Virus record (IMG/VR): IMGVR_UViG_3300032103_000069
Location: 1-38,494 of that record
DNA: 38,494 nucleotides
Direction: 5' to 3' (one strand)
Origin: a virus
Lineage: Duplodnaviria; Caudoviricetes
The notes beneath the pieces were generated by a model. That model was given only the letters and a program-made list of their open reading frames with translations. It made no database searches and was not told the DNA's origin. The stretch's first letter is position 1. The number at the start of each line of letters is the position of its first letter. Below, piece after piece: positions 26,001 through 34,200 of the stretch. The translations under genes and the position numbers were made by a program.

Positions 26001-27953
26001 TCAGTCCTCCATTCCCCAGTCAGCAAGGCTGTCCTCCGTCCAGAACTCACCCTCCTCGCCCCTCAGCATGGAATCTCCCCAGCTAGTGCCGAGCTCAACG
26101 TCACAGACAACTGGAACAGCCAGTTCTGTCGCGGAAGACATGATCTGGGCGATCTGCTCCGCTTGCCCCCTGTCGGAGACAGAGAACCCGAGCTCGTCGT
26201 GGACCGACACGAGGGGTGTGAATCCTGCCCGATGGCAATTGATCATCGCCACTTTCGTCATATCGGCGGCCGATCCTTGGATGACACGGTTCAGAGCCTT
26301 GTGCGTAAACCAGATCTGTCCGTTTGCCTGGCGAGGGAAATAGGCCCGTCGGCCAAGGAGTGTCTTCACATACCCCCGACGCTTGGCGGCTGTCTGAGCA
26401 GCTTCGGCGAGGGCCTTGTCCATGGGGGCAGCGGAGTGAAACCGTTCTAGGAGCTCTTCACCTTCCGGGCCTGCGACCATGATTTCCTTGCCCTTCCAGA
26501 ACTTAGTCGTAAAGGGAAGCCCGAGGCTTGCGCAAAGTGTCCCGCCCCCCATGCCGTAAAGAATTCCGAGTTTGATCGTCTTTGCGTCTTTTCGCTTCAG
26601 CCCACAGAGCTCGGCCGTCTGAAGATAGGCGTCGGCGCGCGGGTTTTCGTTCCAGACACGATACATTACCTCGGAGCCCGGAATGTTCGCCTTGACTCCG
26701 AAATGGGTTGCCAGTCGGGGCTCTTGGGACGAGTAGTCGATGGATGCCCACTGATCACCCTCCTCCGGCTCAAACGCCGACCGGACAAGGGGGCCGAGCT
26801 CGGGGTCTCTGGCTGGGACAACCTGGAGCGAAGGATTGGACCCCGAGAGCCTTCCCGAGACAGTTCCGCCATCGTCACCACGCAGAGCCCTGAGCTCGCC
26901 GTGAATTCGGCCGTTCACAAGGTGGCCCATGATCATACCCTCCACAAAGGTTGACCGGGCTTTGTTATACCGACGAAGAGTGAGAACTTGCTTCGCGATG
27001 TGTCCGGCTGTGTTGTCGCTCTTGGACAAGCCCTTAAGGAACACGTTGTCCACCGACTTTTCGCGCTTCTTCGGTGTCAGCGGGAAGTCCCCCTCTGAGA
27101 CTCCATGTTCCATCAGGGAGTCGATAATCGGGGTTGCGGCCCAGGGGTCGATCGTTCTGCCGCTCAGCGCTCTGAGCTTTTCGGCGGCAGTGTTCTCCAA
27201 CCTGAGGAAATGTTCCCGCATGGCCTGGACGCGTTGCTCGTTGATCCTGACTCCCCGCTTCCGCATGGCATAGAGAACCGGCACGAGATCGCGCTCCACC
27301 CGTGCCACGACCTCCAAATCGCTGTCCCTGATGTCGAATCGCTGGAACAGATAGAGCCAGAGGGTCCGAGCGGCGTCGTCGCGAGCATACTCTTCTACGA
27401 ACGCCGCCGGAAGTTTCCACAGTTGTTCTTTGACGTTCTTCAAGCCGAACTGTTCGGCGGCTTGGCGGAGCCTAGCCTCGCTCTTGGCGAGTCCTAGCCT
27501 GTCCCTGAGGAGGCTGTCCAACGAGTAGGAGCGTCGAGCATCATCCAACAGGGGGGCCTGAATCTGAACGTCATCCAGATCACACTCCCACTGGAAACCG
27601 TCCCATCTCGTCCAGCCGTAGTCGTAGATAATGTTCGCGCCGATAGCTGTTCTGCTCTTGTCTAGTAGCAGCGGTTGGACGATGGGCCGAACTTGGTCCA
27701 TCGGAAAATTCCCCCCACCTTCGTGACGGACGGGGAGGTACACGGAATGGAACCGGGGCTCGATCTCGTGGTTCAGTAGATCTTTTCGAGTCAGCGACTC
27801 CACGTCTCCGTCAAACCACGCAAGGGCATAGCCGACAGGATAGCCTGAGTCGTTGAATGCCCAGCCGGGGCCGAGCGTCTTGAGGTTCGTGTCCTTGGTC
27901 TCCAGGTCGTAGCCGAACAAGGGGCCTGTGATGGGCGATGGAAGGCGGATCAT
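26001..27953 (-). CDS. polA: Family A DNA polymerase with 3'-5' exonuclease
   Basis: Exo motifs YDLET, N..YD and YARDDA; GT.SGRLS...P.LQ; motif A DYSSQEPR; motif B RKDAKTIKLGILYG; N..IQGSAAD; motif C VHDEL. Confidence 0.95.
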   Translation of the reverse strand: MIRLPSPITGPLFGYDLETKDTNLKTLGPGWAFNDSGYPVGYALAWFDGDVESLTRKDLLNHEIEPRFHSVYLPVRHEGGGNFPMDQVRPIVQPLLLDKSRTAIGANIIYDYGWTRWDGFQWECDLDDVQIQAPLLDDARRSYSLDSLLRDRLGLAKSEARLRQAAEQFGLKNVKEQLWKLPAAFVEEYARDDAARTLWLYLFQRFDIRDSDLEVVARVERDLVPVLYAMRKRGVRINEQRVQAMREHFLRLENTAAEKLRALSGRTIDPWAATPIIDSLMEHGVSEGDFPLTPKKREKSVDNVFLKGLSKSDNTAGHIAKQVLTLRRYNKARSTFVEGMIMGHLVNGRIHGELRALRGDDGGTVSGRLSGSNPSLQVVPARDPELGPLVRSAFEPEEGDQWASIDYSSQEPRLATHFGVKANIPGSEVMYRVWNENPRADAYLQTAELCGLKRKDAKTIKLGILYGMGGGTLCASLGLPFTTKFWKGKEIMVAGPEGEELLERFHSAAPMDKALAEAAQTAAKRRGYVKTLLGRRAYFPRQANGQIWFTHKALNRVIQGSAADMTKVAMINCHRAGFTPLVSVHDELGFSVSDRGQAEQIAQIMSSATELAVPVVCDVELGTSWGDSMLRGEEGEFWTEDSLADWGMED

Positions 27954-28297
27954 CGGATAGCTTTCGACGCGCTGATCTTCATGTCGCCCTCCGCGACGCG
28001 GCGCCGATGCTCGGCTCTGATCAGAAGAAGGTAGCCGATCAGGTCGTCCAGGTCGTCACCAATGTCTCCATCGTTGGATTCCTGGGCGGCGAAGATGTCG
28101 TATCCCTGGCGGGCGGTGATGGACTCGATGCGATCCCACTTGCGGCACATCATCATGAACGCGCCGACTCCGCCCCGCTTCTGCCACGACCCCTCATAGT
28201 GCCGCTCCTTTTCCATGAGTGTTTCCACGATATTCTTGGCCACTTCTGAAAGGAAGCCAAGCCACGGGAACCGGGTGATGAGTTCTTCGTTGTCCAT
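27950..28297 (-). CDS. Nucleotide-modification-associated MazG-like protein (Nmad1/DUF1599-like)
   Basis: K...Y..SW..RG..G.F....RKWDR and D.L.DLIGY.LL all-alpha NTP-pyrophosphatase-like pattern; lies in the modification operon. Confidence 0.7.
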   Translation of the reverse strand: MDNEELITRFPWLGFLSEVAKNIVETLMEKERHYEGSWQKRGGVGAFMMMCRKWDRIESITARQGYDIFAAQESNDGDIGDDLDDLIGYLLLIRAEHRRRVAEGDMKISASKAIR

Positions 28298-28298
28298 G

Positions 28299-28829
28299 TC
28301 AGGGGTCCTTGCTCTGTAGGAAGATGGAACTGGAGAAGTGAGCGGGCATCGGAGACGTGGTGAACGACCGGGGGGCTCTGGCCAGCATCTTCTTCATCGG
28401 CTCTTCACAGCCCTTCCACCGCTCCAGATAAATCATCACTCCGAGCCTCTGAACCTGATATCGACACCAGAGAGCCGCTTCCAGAAGATCAGCCCAGCGG
28501 AGCCACCAGAGCTCCTCCTCGGTGAGTTTCCGTGTGGACAAAATGCCCATCTGATCCTCGGCGAGCTCGGTGGCGCTATCCATTGCCGATACCAGTTGAG
28601 GAAATCGACGTTTGGACTGGAACGATAGATCGGAGGTCAGATGTTCTGGTAGATCGTGCTCCAGAGCCGCGCGCAGGAGGCTGATTGACGGGTTCGGGTG
28701 AAACTCTCCAATGATCCAGGCGACCCCCCAGCTATGCGCCGCGATTGTCTGAGGATAGGGGCCGGGCTCCTCGTGATACCGAGTCACCTGCGAGATCTGA
28801 ATCACTCGGTCGTTGAACTTGTAGAACAT
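28299..28829 (-). CDS. HD-domain 5'-deoxynucleotidase (YfbR-like)
   Basis: V.RYH, QT.A.HSW.V, AAL.HDL.E..T.D and ADLLE motifs. Confidence 0.85.
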   Translation of the reverse strand: MFYKFNDRVIQISQVTRYHEEPGPYPQTIAAHSWGVAWIIGEFHPNPSISLLRAALEHDLPEHLTSDLSFQSKRRFPQLVSAMDSATELAEDQMGILSTRKLTEEELWWLRWADLLEAALWCRYQVQRLGVMIYLERWKGCEEPMKKMLARAPRSFTTSPMPAHFSSSIFLQSKDP

Positions 28830-28868
28830 GATTAATTCCTTTCTGGGTGGGGGCAGGGTAGCGGGGCG

Positions 28869-29888
28869 CTAGAATGGAGGCAAGAGAGGTTCACCCCGTG
28901 CAATCCGAATCCTGTCGATCCACTCCCGACACGCTTTTTCCCATGCCCGATCACGGAGACAATTGAGGTTATCACACATCTCATTGACGTCTCCGCTTTT
29001 GAATGCGCGGTGGATCCGCGCCATGCGCTTCCCAACATAATCATAGAACGGTGTCAGAGGGTCCCATCGCCTTGCCGTCGGGTCTTCGATCATGCGCTGG
29101 AGGTCACTGTGAAGCTCCCAAGGTTCGGACTCTTCCAGCAAACGGGGGCCGAGTGCCATTCCGGGATCTAGACCGTAATGATTGACCGGGTTGGCCCCGG
29201 CCATGTTCCACATCTTCTCGGCGACAGGGATTCCCGGATACAGATGCAGATCGTCGCTAACCTGCCGATAGACGCCGACAGAGACATTCAGGGCTCCGGC
29301 CATGTATTCCTGGAGATAGCTGAAATGGACGACGTTCGCCCCATAGGCCCCCCAGATCATGTCGTTGGAGCGGTTCAGGACTGTCATATCCAATCCCCCA
29401 CCGCGTATTTTGAACATGACCTGAGTATTGCAGGGCAGGTCTTTGGAGAACTGATTTTTGAGGTCCGCCCACGGGTCCCAGATGCCAACCACGGCTCGGC
29501 GGCTGCTCGGGTCATTCTTCAAGAGCTGTATGACCTCGCCGAGCTGATCGTAGCCAAAGTGGAACCTCCAGCGGTGTCCGTAGGCCCCGTTCAAAGTCTT
29601 GCCGTCGTCCGAGAACTGGTCCATGTTTTTGGCGAATTGTAGGAGGAACTCAACCTCTCCGGAGCCCGACAGCATCCAAAGGCTCTCGAAGAAGTGAAGG
29701 AACGGATTGCAGTTCCTCGTCGAATCAAAGATGACCCGCTCCAGCGGACGCTCGTAGATCGTCGTGACGGGCTCCCGGAACCGATACACGGTTCCGTTGC
29801 GGGATTGGGCCTCTTCGTGGTCGAGCTTGAGCCGCAGGAGGGCGGTGAACAACGCATCTTCAGCGTTGCGGGCACGGATCGTGATCAT
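28869..29888 (-). CDS. Thymidylate synthase-superfamily dUMP hydroxymethylase
   Basis: R..NPF.H..E..W, FSDDG....GAYG.RW, DQL, SRRAV...WD, catalytic DLPCN, RSND..WG..GAN and Y.Q.SD.LHLY. Asn at the specificity position implies dUMP rather than dCMP. Start moved to ATG 29888 (ATGA overlap). Confidence 0.85.
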   Translation of the reverse strand: MITIRARNAEDALFTALLRLKLDHEEAQSRNGTVYRFREPVTTIYERPLERVIFDSTRNCNPFLHFFESLWMLSGSGEVEFLLQFAKNMDQFSDDGKTLNGAYGHRWRFHFGYDQLGEVIQLLKNDPSSRRAVVGIWDPWADLKNQFSKDLPCNTQVMFKIRGGGLDMTVLNRSNDMIWGAYGANVVHFSYLQEYMAGALNVSVGVYRQVSDDLHLYPGIPVAEKMWNMAGANPVNHYGLDPGMALGPRLLEESEPWELHSDLQRMIEDPTARRWDPLTPFYDYVGKRMARIHRAFKSGDVNEMCDNLNCLRDRAWEKACREWIDRIRIARGEPLLPPF

Positions 29889-30736
29889 GGAAACTTCCTC
29901 CCTGTGTGTCCGCCCTGTTGGATCCGGACATATTTGAACGTCTCGCAGTTCACGTTGCTCGCGACATCGTGAAGTGTGAGCTTGCGATCTGCGACGAGGT
30001 CCTCGGGCAGGGCTTCGAGCTGAGCTCTGCCGACCCGAAGATACTCCTCTTCTGACATGCGGGCCTCGGTGTCGCGACCAAGGGTCAGGTTCATACCACG
30101 GACAGCTCCCGGTCCGAAGGGTGCCCATGTGAGGTGATCAGTAGCATCACGGAGGACGTGAGTATAGGCCAAGTCGGCCGCGATCTGTCCGGCCATGAAG
30201 TCTTTGTATCCGACCTCTTTCCTGAGTGTTTTGACGTATTCCTCTCGACTCTTGGCCACCCGTGGAAACGTCGTGCGATGGATGATGGAGCAGACATACG
30301 CCACTTTCCCCGGGAAGATGAACGGCTCCACAAGCTGGCCGGGGGGAGCTCCGACAAGATACGCCGAGTTGAAGGATCCAACCCCCCGGTTCATCCGGCC
30401 CTGACAGATTCGGTAGACAAGCTCCAGGTTGACGGAGGTCTCGGTGATGGCCCCTGCTGACACGAGGTCGTGGAGAACGCTCGGAAGGTTAAAGAACCGG
30501 GCGACTGCCAGCGCTCGGCCCAGCTCAGCCGGATCTGCACCAGCCTCGTCCATAGGATCTCGGACCAGTTCCTTGACGACTCGAGTGACGGCATCGTCTT
30601 CCCGGGACACGTTGCAAAACCGATGTTTCTGAATGATGGGGTCCGATGTCCATGGGGGCGTAAGACCTGCTTCGCGATTGCGGCGAGCCTCCTCTCGGTG
30701 GATGGACCAGTGTAGGAACGACCAGTTCTGGATCAT
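29885..30736 (-). CDS. aGPT-Pplase1-type helical (HhH-glycosylase-like) thymidine hypermodification protein
   Basis: RE..R....AG..PPWT.DPI....RFCNV.REDD..T, R.FN.P, F.AGQI.ADL.Y, GPGA.RG.N and CE..KY.R motifs; start moved to ATG 30736. Confidence 0.82.
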   Translation of the reverse strand: MIQNWSFLHWSIHREEARRNREAGLTPPWTSDPIIQKHRFCNVSREDDAVTRVVKELVRDPMDEAGADPAELGRALAVARFFNLPSVLHDLVSAGAITETSVNLELVYRICQGRMNRGVGSFNSAYLVGAPPGQLVEPFIFPGKVAYVCSIIHRTTFPRVAKSREEYVKTLRKEVGYKDFMAGQIAADLAYTHVLRDATDHLTWAPFGPGAVRGMNLTLGRDTEARMSEEEYLRVGRAQLEALPEDLVADRKLTLHDVASNVNCETFKYVRIQQGGHTGRKFP

Positions 30737-31356
30737 GTGTTCTCCTCTATGAGCTCTCGGACGAGGGCTTCGGCCTGTTCGGAAGACCCACTCCAGTAGA
30801 GGCGGATCCCGGGCACGTTGTCCAGCAAGAGCTTCTGGTGAACGCGGCAAACAGAGTGCCACTTGTCGGTGACAGTCTCGCGAATCTTGTCGGTTGCCCC
30901 CCGGCCGGAGCGGGCTGCGACTCGTCGGACACACTCTTCCACGTCAGGCATCACGAACACCTTGTGGGTCGTGCGACCGGTCTTCTTGTAGAGGTCGGCA
31001 GCGAGATCACGATATCGAACGTGGATCCCAGAGATCGTGACGCCCTCGAAGAGGACGACTGGTCGGTCAGAGTGAGCTCCGGTAACGATTGCGTCACAAA
31101 TGGCGTCATGCGCCCCTTTCCAAGAGAACTCGTCTGCCCCCCCGCAGGTTGCCCGGTATTCTCCGAGAGCGATAACCCTACCCCCTTGCCCGACCGCCCC
31201 GACCAGCTCTCGGCGTTGGAGCCTCTGTGGGTCGGCCCGGGTCGGCTTCTCCACATGGGTGACCGCCATTACTTCGTGAGCGATGATCTCGCCCAGAACG
31301 TTCCGAACGATCGTGGACTTGCCCGACCCGAACGTTCCTCTGATGTTGATGAGCAC
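30733..31356 (-). CDS. P-loop kinase, 5-hydroxymethyluracil DNA kinase (5-HMUDK)-like
   Basis: INIRGTFGSGKST Walker A; LG.Y...CGG.D, VLFEG and C..RV..R motifs; GGAAGG RBS; ATGA-coupled to the aGPT-Pplase gene. Confidence 0.8.
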   Translation of the reverse strand: MLINIRGTFGSGKSTIVRNVLGEIIAHEVMAVTHVEKPTRADPQRLQRRELVGAVGQGGRVIALGEYRATCGGADEFSWKGAHDAICDAIVTGAHSDRPVVLFEGVTISGIHVRYRDLAADLYKKTGRTTHKVFVMPDVEECVRRVAARSGRGATDKIRETVTDKWHSVCRVHQKLLLDNVPGIRLYWSGSSEQAEALVRELIEENT

Positions 31357-31452
31357 GAGTGGTTCCTTCCTGGGTAAGTTTTTGCCACCTGAAACATCCC
31401 GAATCTGACGACGGTGGCGGTAAGCCGCCGGACTGTTGCCTTTTGGGCTAGG

Positions 31453-31932
31453 CTAGGCCACAAGCGTCTGATTCCTACCCAAGACGAAGGTGACGAGATC
31501 GGCCTTCAGGCTGCGCCCGGCGCTCCAGTCGTGAACTTCGCCGTCCTTGACAGCGAGGACGTGGCCACACGTCCAGAGGAGGCAGGGGGGTAGTCCGCTC
31601 CAGGCTTGCGGGAACCGGATGACTTGTCTGGGGGTGACGAAGGTTTTGGACTGCTTCGCCCTTGGATACCGAAGTTTGACAAACTCCTCAGAACTCATGT
31701 TAACCGGGTTGAGATCCAGCTCCTTGAGGGCCTCTATCATCATGTGGCGGTAGACCCCCCGATCTGGGCGGTATCCGTGACGGAAGAGGAGGGTTCTGGA
31801 ATCGTCGTAAGACAGGCTGGCCACGACGCTTAGGGCGACGACCCCGCAATCCTTGGTGTCTTCGCAATTGATGAATCTCCGACGCTCACAGATGGCTGCG
31901 AAGAGTCCGGTTGTGGGAGTAGACTTTCTCAT
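31453..31932 (-). CDS. Hypothetical protein with papain/C39-like Cys-His-Asp pattern
   Basis: DCGVVALS, GHVLAV.DG.V.DW; AAAGGA RBS. Confidence 0.6.
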   Translation of the reverse strand: MRKSTPTTGLFAAICERRRFINCEDTKDCGVVALSVVASLSYDDSRTLLFRHGYRPDRGVYRHMMIEALKELDLNPVNMSSEEFVKLRYPRAKQSKTFVTPRQVIRFPQAWSGLPPCLLWTCGHVLAVKDGEVHDWSAGRSLKADLVTFVLGRNQTLVA

Positions 31933-31974
31933 GGGCAGATCCTTTCAGGTGAAGAGGCACGGTGGCAATGGTGC

Positions 31975-32006
31975 AGGCAAGGGCAAGTCAACACTTGCCC
32001 TTGCCT
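31975..32006. terminator. Perfect 14-bp inverted repeat (hairpin), terminator or operator
   Basis: aggcaagggcaagt-caac-acttgcccttgcct in the gap between two minus-strand genes. Confidence 0.6.
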
Positions 32007-32017
32007 AGGCCTCATAG

Positions 32018-32500
32018 TCAGGCATCGACGACTTCGGCTTCGACCTCGCCCTCGACCTCTTCCTTCTTGGCGCGGGGCGACGGGGCGGTGCCGGAGCGGA
32101 GGACCGTCAGGGCGTTTGCCGCGATCAAGGTCGACAGGTAGCCCCGAAGATAGGCCTCGGGATCTTCCAGAAACGACCTTGACTTCAGCGAGCCCTTCAG
32201 CGCCTCGACCGCGAACGGAATGGCCACCTGAACCTGGACGCCCTCTTCTCCTTCTGGGGCGTCGAACGCGTCGATGATGGCTTTCAGCTTCGGGCGGGTG
32301 ATCAGCGTCGAGTCGGGGCCGATCGCCAGGACGGTGTCGGCGTAGACGCGGGTGATGGGCGACTTGGCCGGAGCCACCTGATCTTCGGTGGCGGGAGTCA
32401 GATCCTCAGTGACGTTCTCGGTGGCTGGAGCTTCGCCCTCGGTCTCCAGAGTGGCGGCGGGGGTCAGATCCTCGGTGTGGGCTTTGTTGCGCTTGGCCAT
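32018..32500 (-). CDS. Hypothetical protein (acidic termini, repeated TEDLTPA, possible winged-helix core)
   Basis: AAAGGA RBS; own promoter upstream; strong codon bias. Confidence 0.7.
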   Translation of the reverse strand: MAKRNKAHTEDLTPAATLETEGEAPATENVTEDLTPATEDQVAPAKSPITRVYADTVLAIGPDSTLITRPKLKAIIDAFDAPEGEEGVQVQVAIPFAVEALKGSLKSRSFLEDPEAYLRGYLSTLIAANALTVLRSGTAPSPRAKKEEVEGEVEAEVVDA

Positions 32501-32550
32501 GGCTGGGTCCTTTCTGTTGCGCGGGTCGTGGCACCTATACCACTGACCAC

Positions 32551-32578
32551 ATTCTACACGTATCTAGATCGAACACAA
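32551..32578 (-). promoter_or_regulatory. Putative sigma70 promoter
   Basis: Minus strand TTGTGT, 16-bp spacer, TAGAAT, in an AT-richer gap. Confidence 0.45.
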
Positions 32579-32590
32579 GAGAAATTCCGC

Positions 32591-32619
32591 GCCGGGGGAA
32601 CTTTTCTAGCTCCCCCGGC
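32591..32619 (-). terminator. GC-rich hairpin after the SSB-like gene
   Basis: Minus strand gccgggggagc-tagaaaa-gttcccccggc, 5 nt after the stop codon. Confidence 0.55.
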
Positions 32620-32624
32620 ATTGG

Positions 32625-33566
32625 TCAAAAGGCTCCGCCGCCGTCGTGCTTTCCGACGACCTCTCCGGAGCTGCGCTCTTCCACCTCAGCCTTGACAACC
32701 CCGGCCCGGATCAAGTCGTAGAAAGCCCGAGCCGCCGAGTAGACCTCATACCCGACATCGGGAATGGCAATCGTCGGGACGCCCTGCTCCACCTTCCAGT
32801 TGAAGAAGTCCCCCCGGTCGTTGGCCTCGGGCACGGTTCGGAGCTTCCACGACTGATAGAAACGAGCCGGGTTGACCATCCGCCCCGTGCTCGGGTTCTT
32901 GATTTTCACGTTGCGGATCGTCGTATTCCAGGCCCGACTGATCTTGGCCTTGGAGCCACTCATGCTCAGAACCGCCTGTTCGTAGGAACCATCGGGGCGG
33001 ATCACGATGACAAAGTGTTCCGGCGTGACGACGATCTCGTTGCCGTTCGGCAGGACGTAGCCGCCATCCTCGGACCGCTGGCACTGACCCAGGATAGCCT
33101 CTTCGTGATTCGCATTCACCAGTCCGCCGCCCTTTTCGCGCGGGATCCACTCGATATGGCGACGGACATAGGCCACGTTGACGATCGTCAGCGGCTGAGT
33201 GTAGAGCTCTTTCGTGGCCGAGTTGAAGATGGACCCTTCCTCCGCCCCCTCGATGAACTCGGCCTTTTGTTTCTTGATCTCTGGCGACAGGGCCTGGGCG
33301 ACCTTGAGGCGCGGGATGAGAACGTCTTCCTGCCCGACGTTCTCGTTGCCAAGCCCGGCGTCGGCGCAGATGTCGCCAACCAGAGCGGCAAGGGCTGTCT
33401 GCTCCGCGACCACCACCAGCCCGGGCTCTTCAGCCTGCGGCTTGGTCGGCGTCGGCACGGAAGGCTTTTTCGCCACCAGCTTGGGCTCTTCAGCCTGCGG
33501 CTTGGTCGGCGTCGGCACGGAAGGCTTTTTCGCCACATGGGGTTGGATCGTCTTTGTGTTCGTCAT
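32625..33566 (-). CDS. Putative single-stranded DNA-binding/recombination protein
   Basis: G.ENV...D..IPRLK..Q.LSPE, GA..G.IFN..T, EW.PR..GGG.V, M..SK.K.SR.WN and N..G.FF.W motifs typical of the SSB-like gene in polA phages; C-terminal Phe. Confidence 0.65.
   Translation of the reverse strand: MTNTKTIQPHVAKKPSVPTPTKPQAEEPKLVAKKPSVPTPTKPQAEEPGLVVVAEQTALAALVGDICADAGLGNENVGQEDVLIPRLKVAQALSPEIKKQKAEFIEGAEEGSIFNSATKELYTQPLTIVNVAYVRRHIEWIPREKGGGLVNANHEEAILGQCQRSEDGGYVLPNGNEIVVTPEHFVIVIRPDGSYEQAVLSMSGSKAKISRAWNTTIRNVKIKNPSTGRMVNPARFYQSWKLRTVPEANDRGDFFNWKVEQGVPTIAIPDVGYEVYSAARAFYDLIRAGVVKAEVEERSSGEVVGKHDGGGAF
33413..33536. repeat. 60-bp tandem duplication in the 5' part of the SSB-like gene
   Basis: 33423-33476 is identical to 33483-33536 and encodes VAKKPSVPTPTKPQAEEP twice. 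Confidence 0.95.
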
Positions 33567-33649
33567 GCTGGTCTCCGTTAGGTTGTCAGTTGTTCTGGCT
33601 TCTTCAGCCTCGCCGCGCTAGGTGGCGGACCACCAGCCCCCGAGGGGGA

Positions 33650-34189
33650 TCACTTGATCTTGATGAAACGGCGATGGAACAGGCCGAGAGCCTTCAGGTC
33701 CAGGGGGATACCCTGCTCCAGCATCTCGCGAGCCCATTTTTGATAAGTGGAACCGTGGATGGACTCTTCCACGACCGGATTCAGGCCGACGCTCTCCAGC
33801 AAGGTCGCGGCAGTTCGAGCCTGCTCGTCCTGCCCCTTGGGGAAGGCGACGGAAACCTCCGTCTTCATGAGGGCTTCGCCACCATGTTCCTTGAGGATCT
33901 GCATCGCGACGGCGCGATCCCCCTCGTTCTTCGGAAGCCCCCCGTAGAGCTTCTCCTCGACCGTCACCATCCGGTTGCCGACCCTGAACCCGGTGACGCC
34001 GACCTCGTCGAATAGTTCTGGGAACTGGCGCTCTTCCAGATCTCGGAGCTCGTCTTCCGCCACCAGGAGCTCGGCCCTTAGCCGCTCCACGACGTCGACC
34101 CGTTCCTGGTGACGAGCGAATAGTCTCTGAAGTCGGTTGAGGCCCGCCTCGGAAGGTGAGTCTGGGATGTCGTCGAAGATGTCAATCAT
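33650..34189 (-). CDS. Conserved phage replication-module protein
   Basis: Coiled coil, then PELF.E.G...F..G, L...G...L.K..V.V.F.KG.D and IH..T...W.RE..E.G motifs commonly found upstream of the SSB-like gene; AAAGGA RBS. Confidence 0.75.
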   Translation of the reverse strand: MIDIFDDIPDSPSEAGLNRLQRLFARHQERVDVVERLRAELLVAEDELRDLEERQFPELFDEVGVTGFRVGNRMVTVEEKLYGGLPKNEGDRAVAMQILKEHGGEALMKTEVSVAFPKGQDEQARTAATLLESVGLNPVVEESIHGSTYQKWAREMLEQGIPLDLKALGLFHRRFIKIK

Positions 34190-34200
34190 GGCGGTTCCTT

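Noticed and set aside
27950-28829. HD plus MazG-like pair as a 2-aminoadenine (Z-genome) DatZ/MazZ system
   Set aside because: No PurZ/adenylosuccinate synthetase homologue; neighbouring genes point to thymidine modification.
28869-29888. dCMP hydroxymethylase (T4 gp42-like) or ordinary ThyA
   Set aside because: The specificity residue is Asn (WGAYGAN), not Asp; no glycosyltransferase is present; linkage to 5-HMUDK-like and aGPT-Pplase genes argues against plain ThyA, though only biochemistry can exclude it.
29889-30934. Long N-terminal extensions on the hydroxymethylase (to 30128) and aGPT-Pplase (to 30934) in the ORF track
   Set aside because: They overlap upstream genes in other frames; internal ATGs with RBS and ATGA coupling (29888, 30736) are much more plausible.
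33413-33536. Tandem repeat as a mini-CRISPR array
   Set aside because: Two adjacent copies without unique spacers, in frame within a CDS; no cas genes.
32646-33581. 311-aa plus-strand ORF antisense to the SSB-like gene, and similar long antisense ORFs (e.g. 3384-4289, 8565-9365, 13570-14385)
   Set aside because: Typical stop-poor antisense frames of high-GC, codon-biased genes; no RBS or motifs, and they oppose the operon direction.
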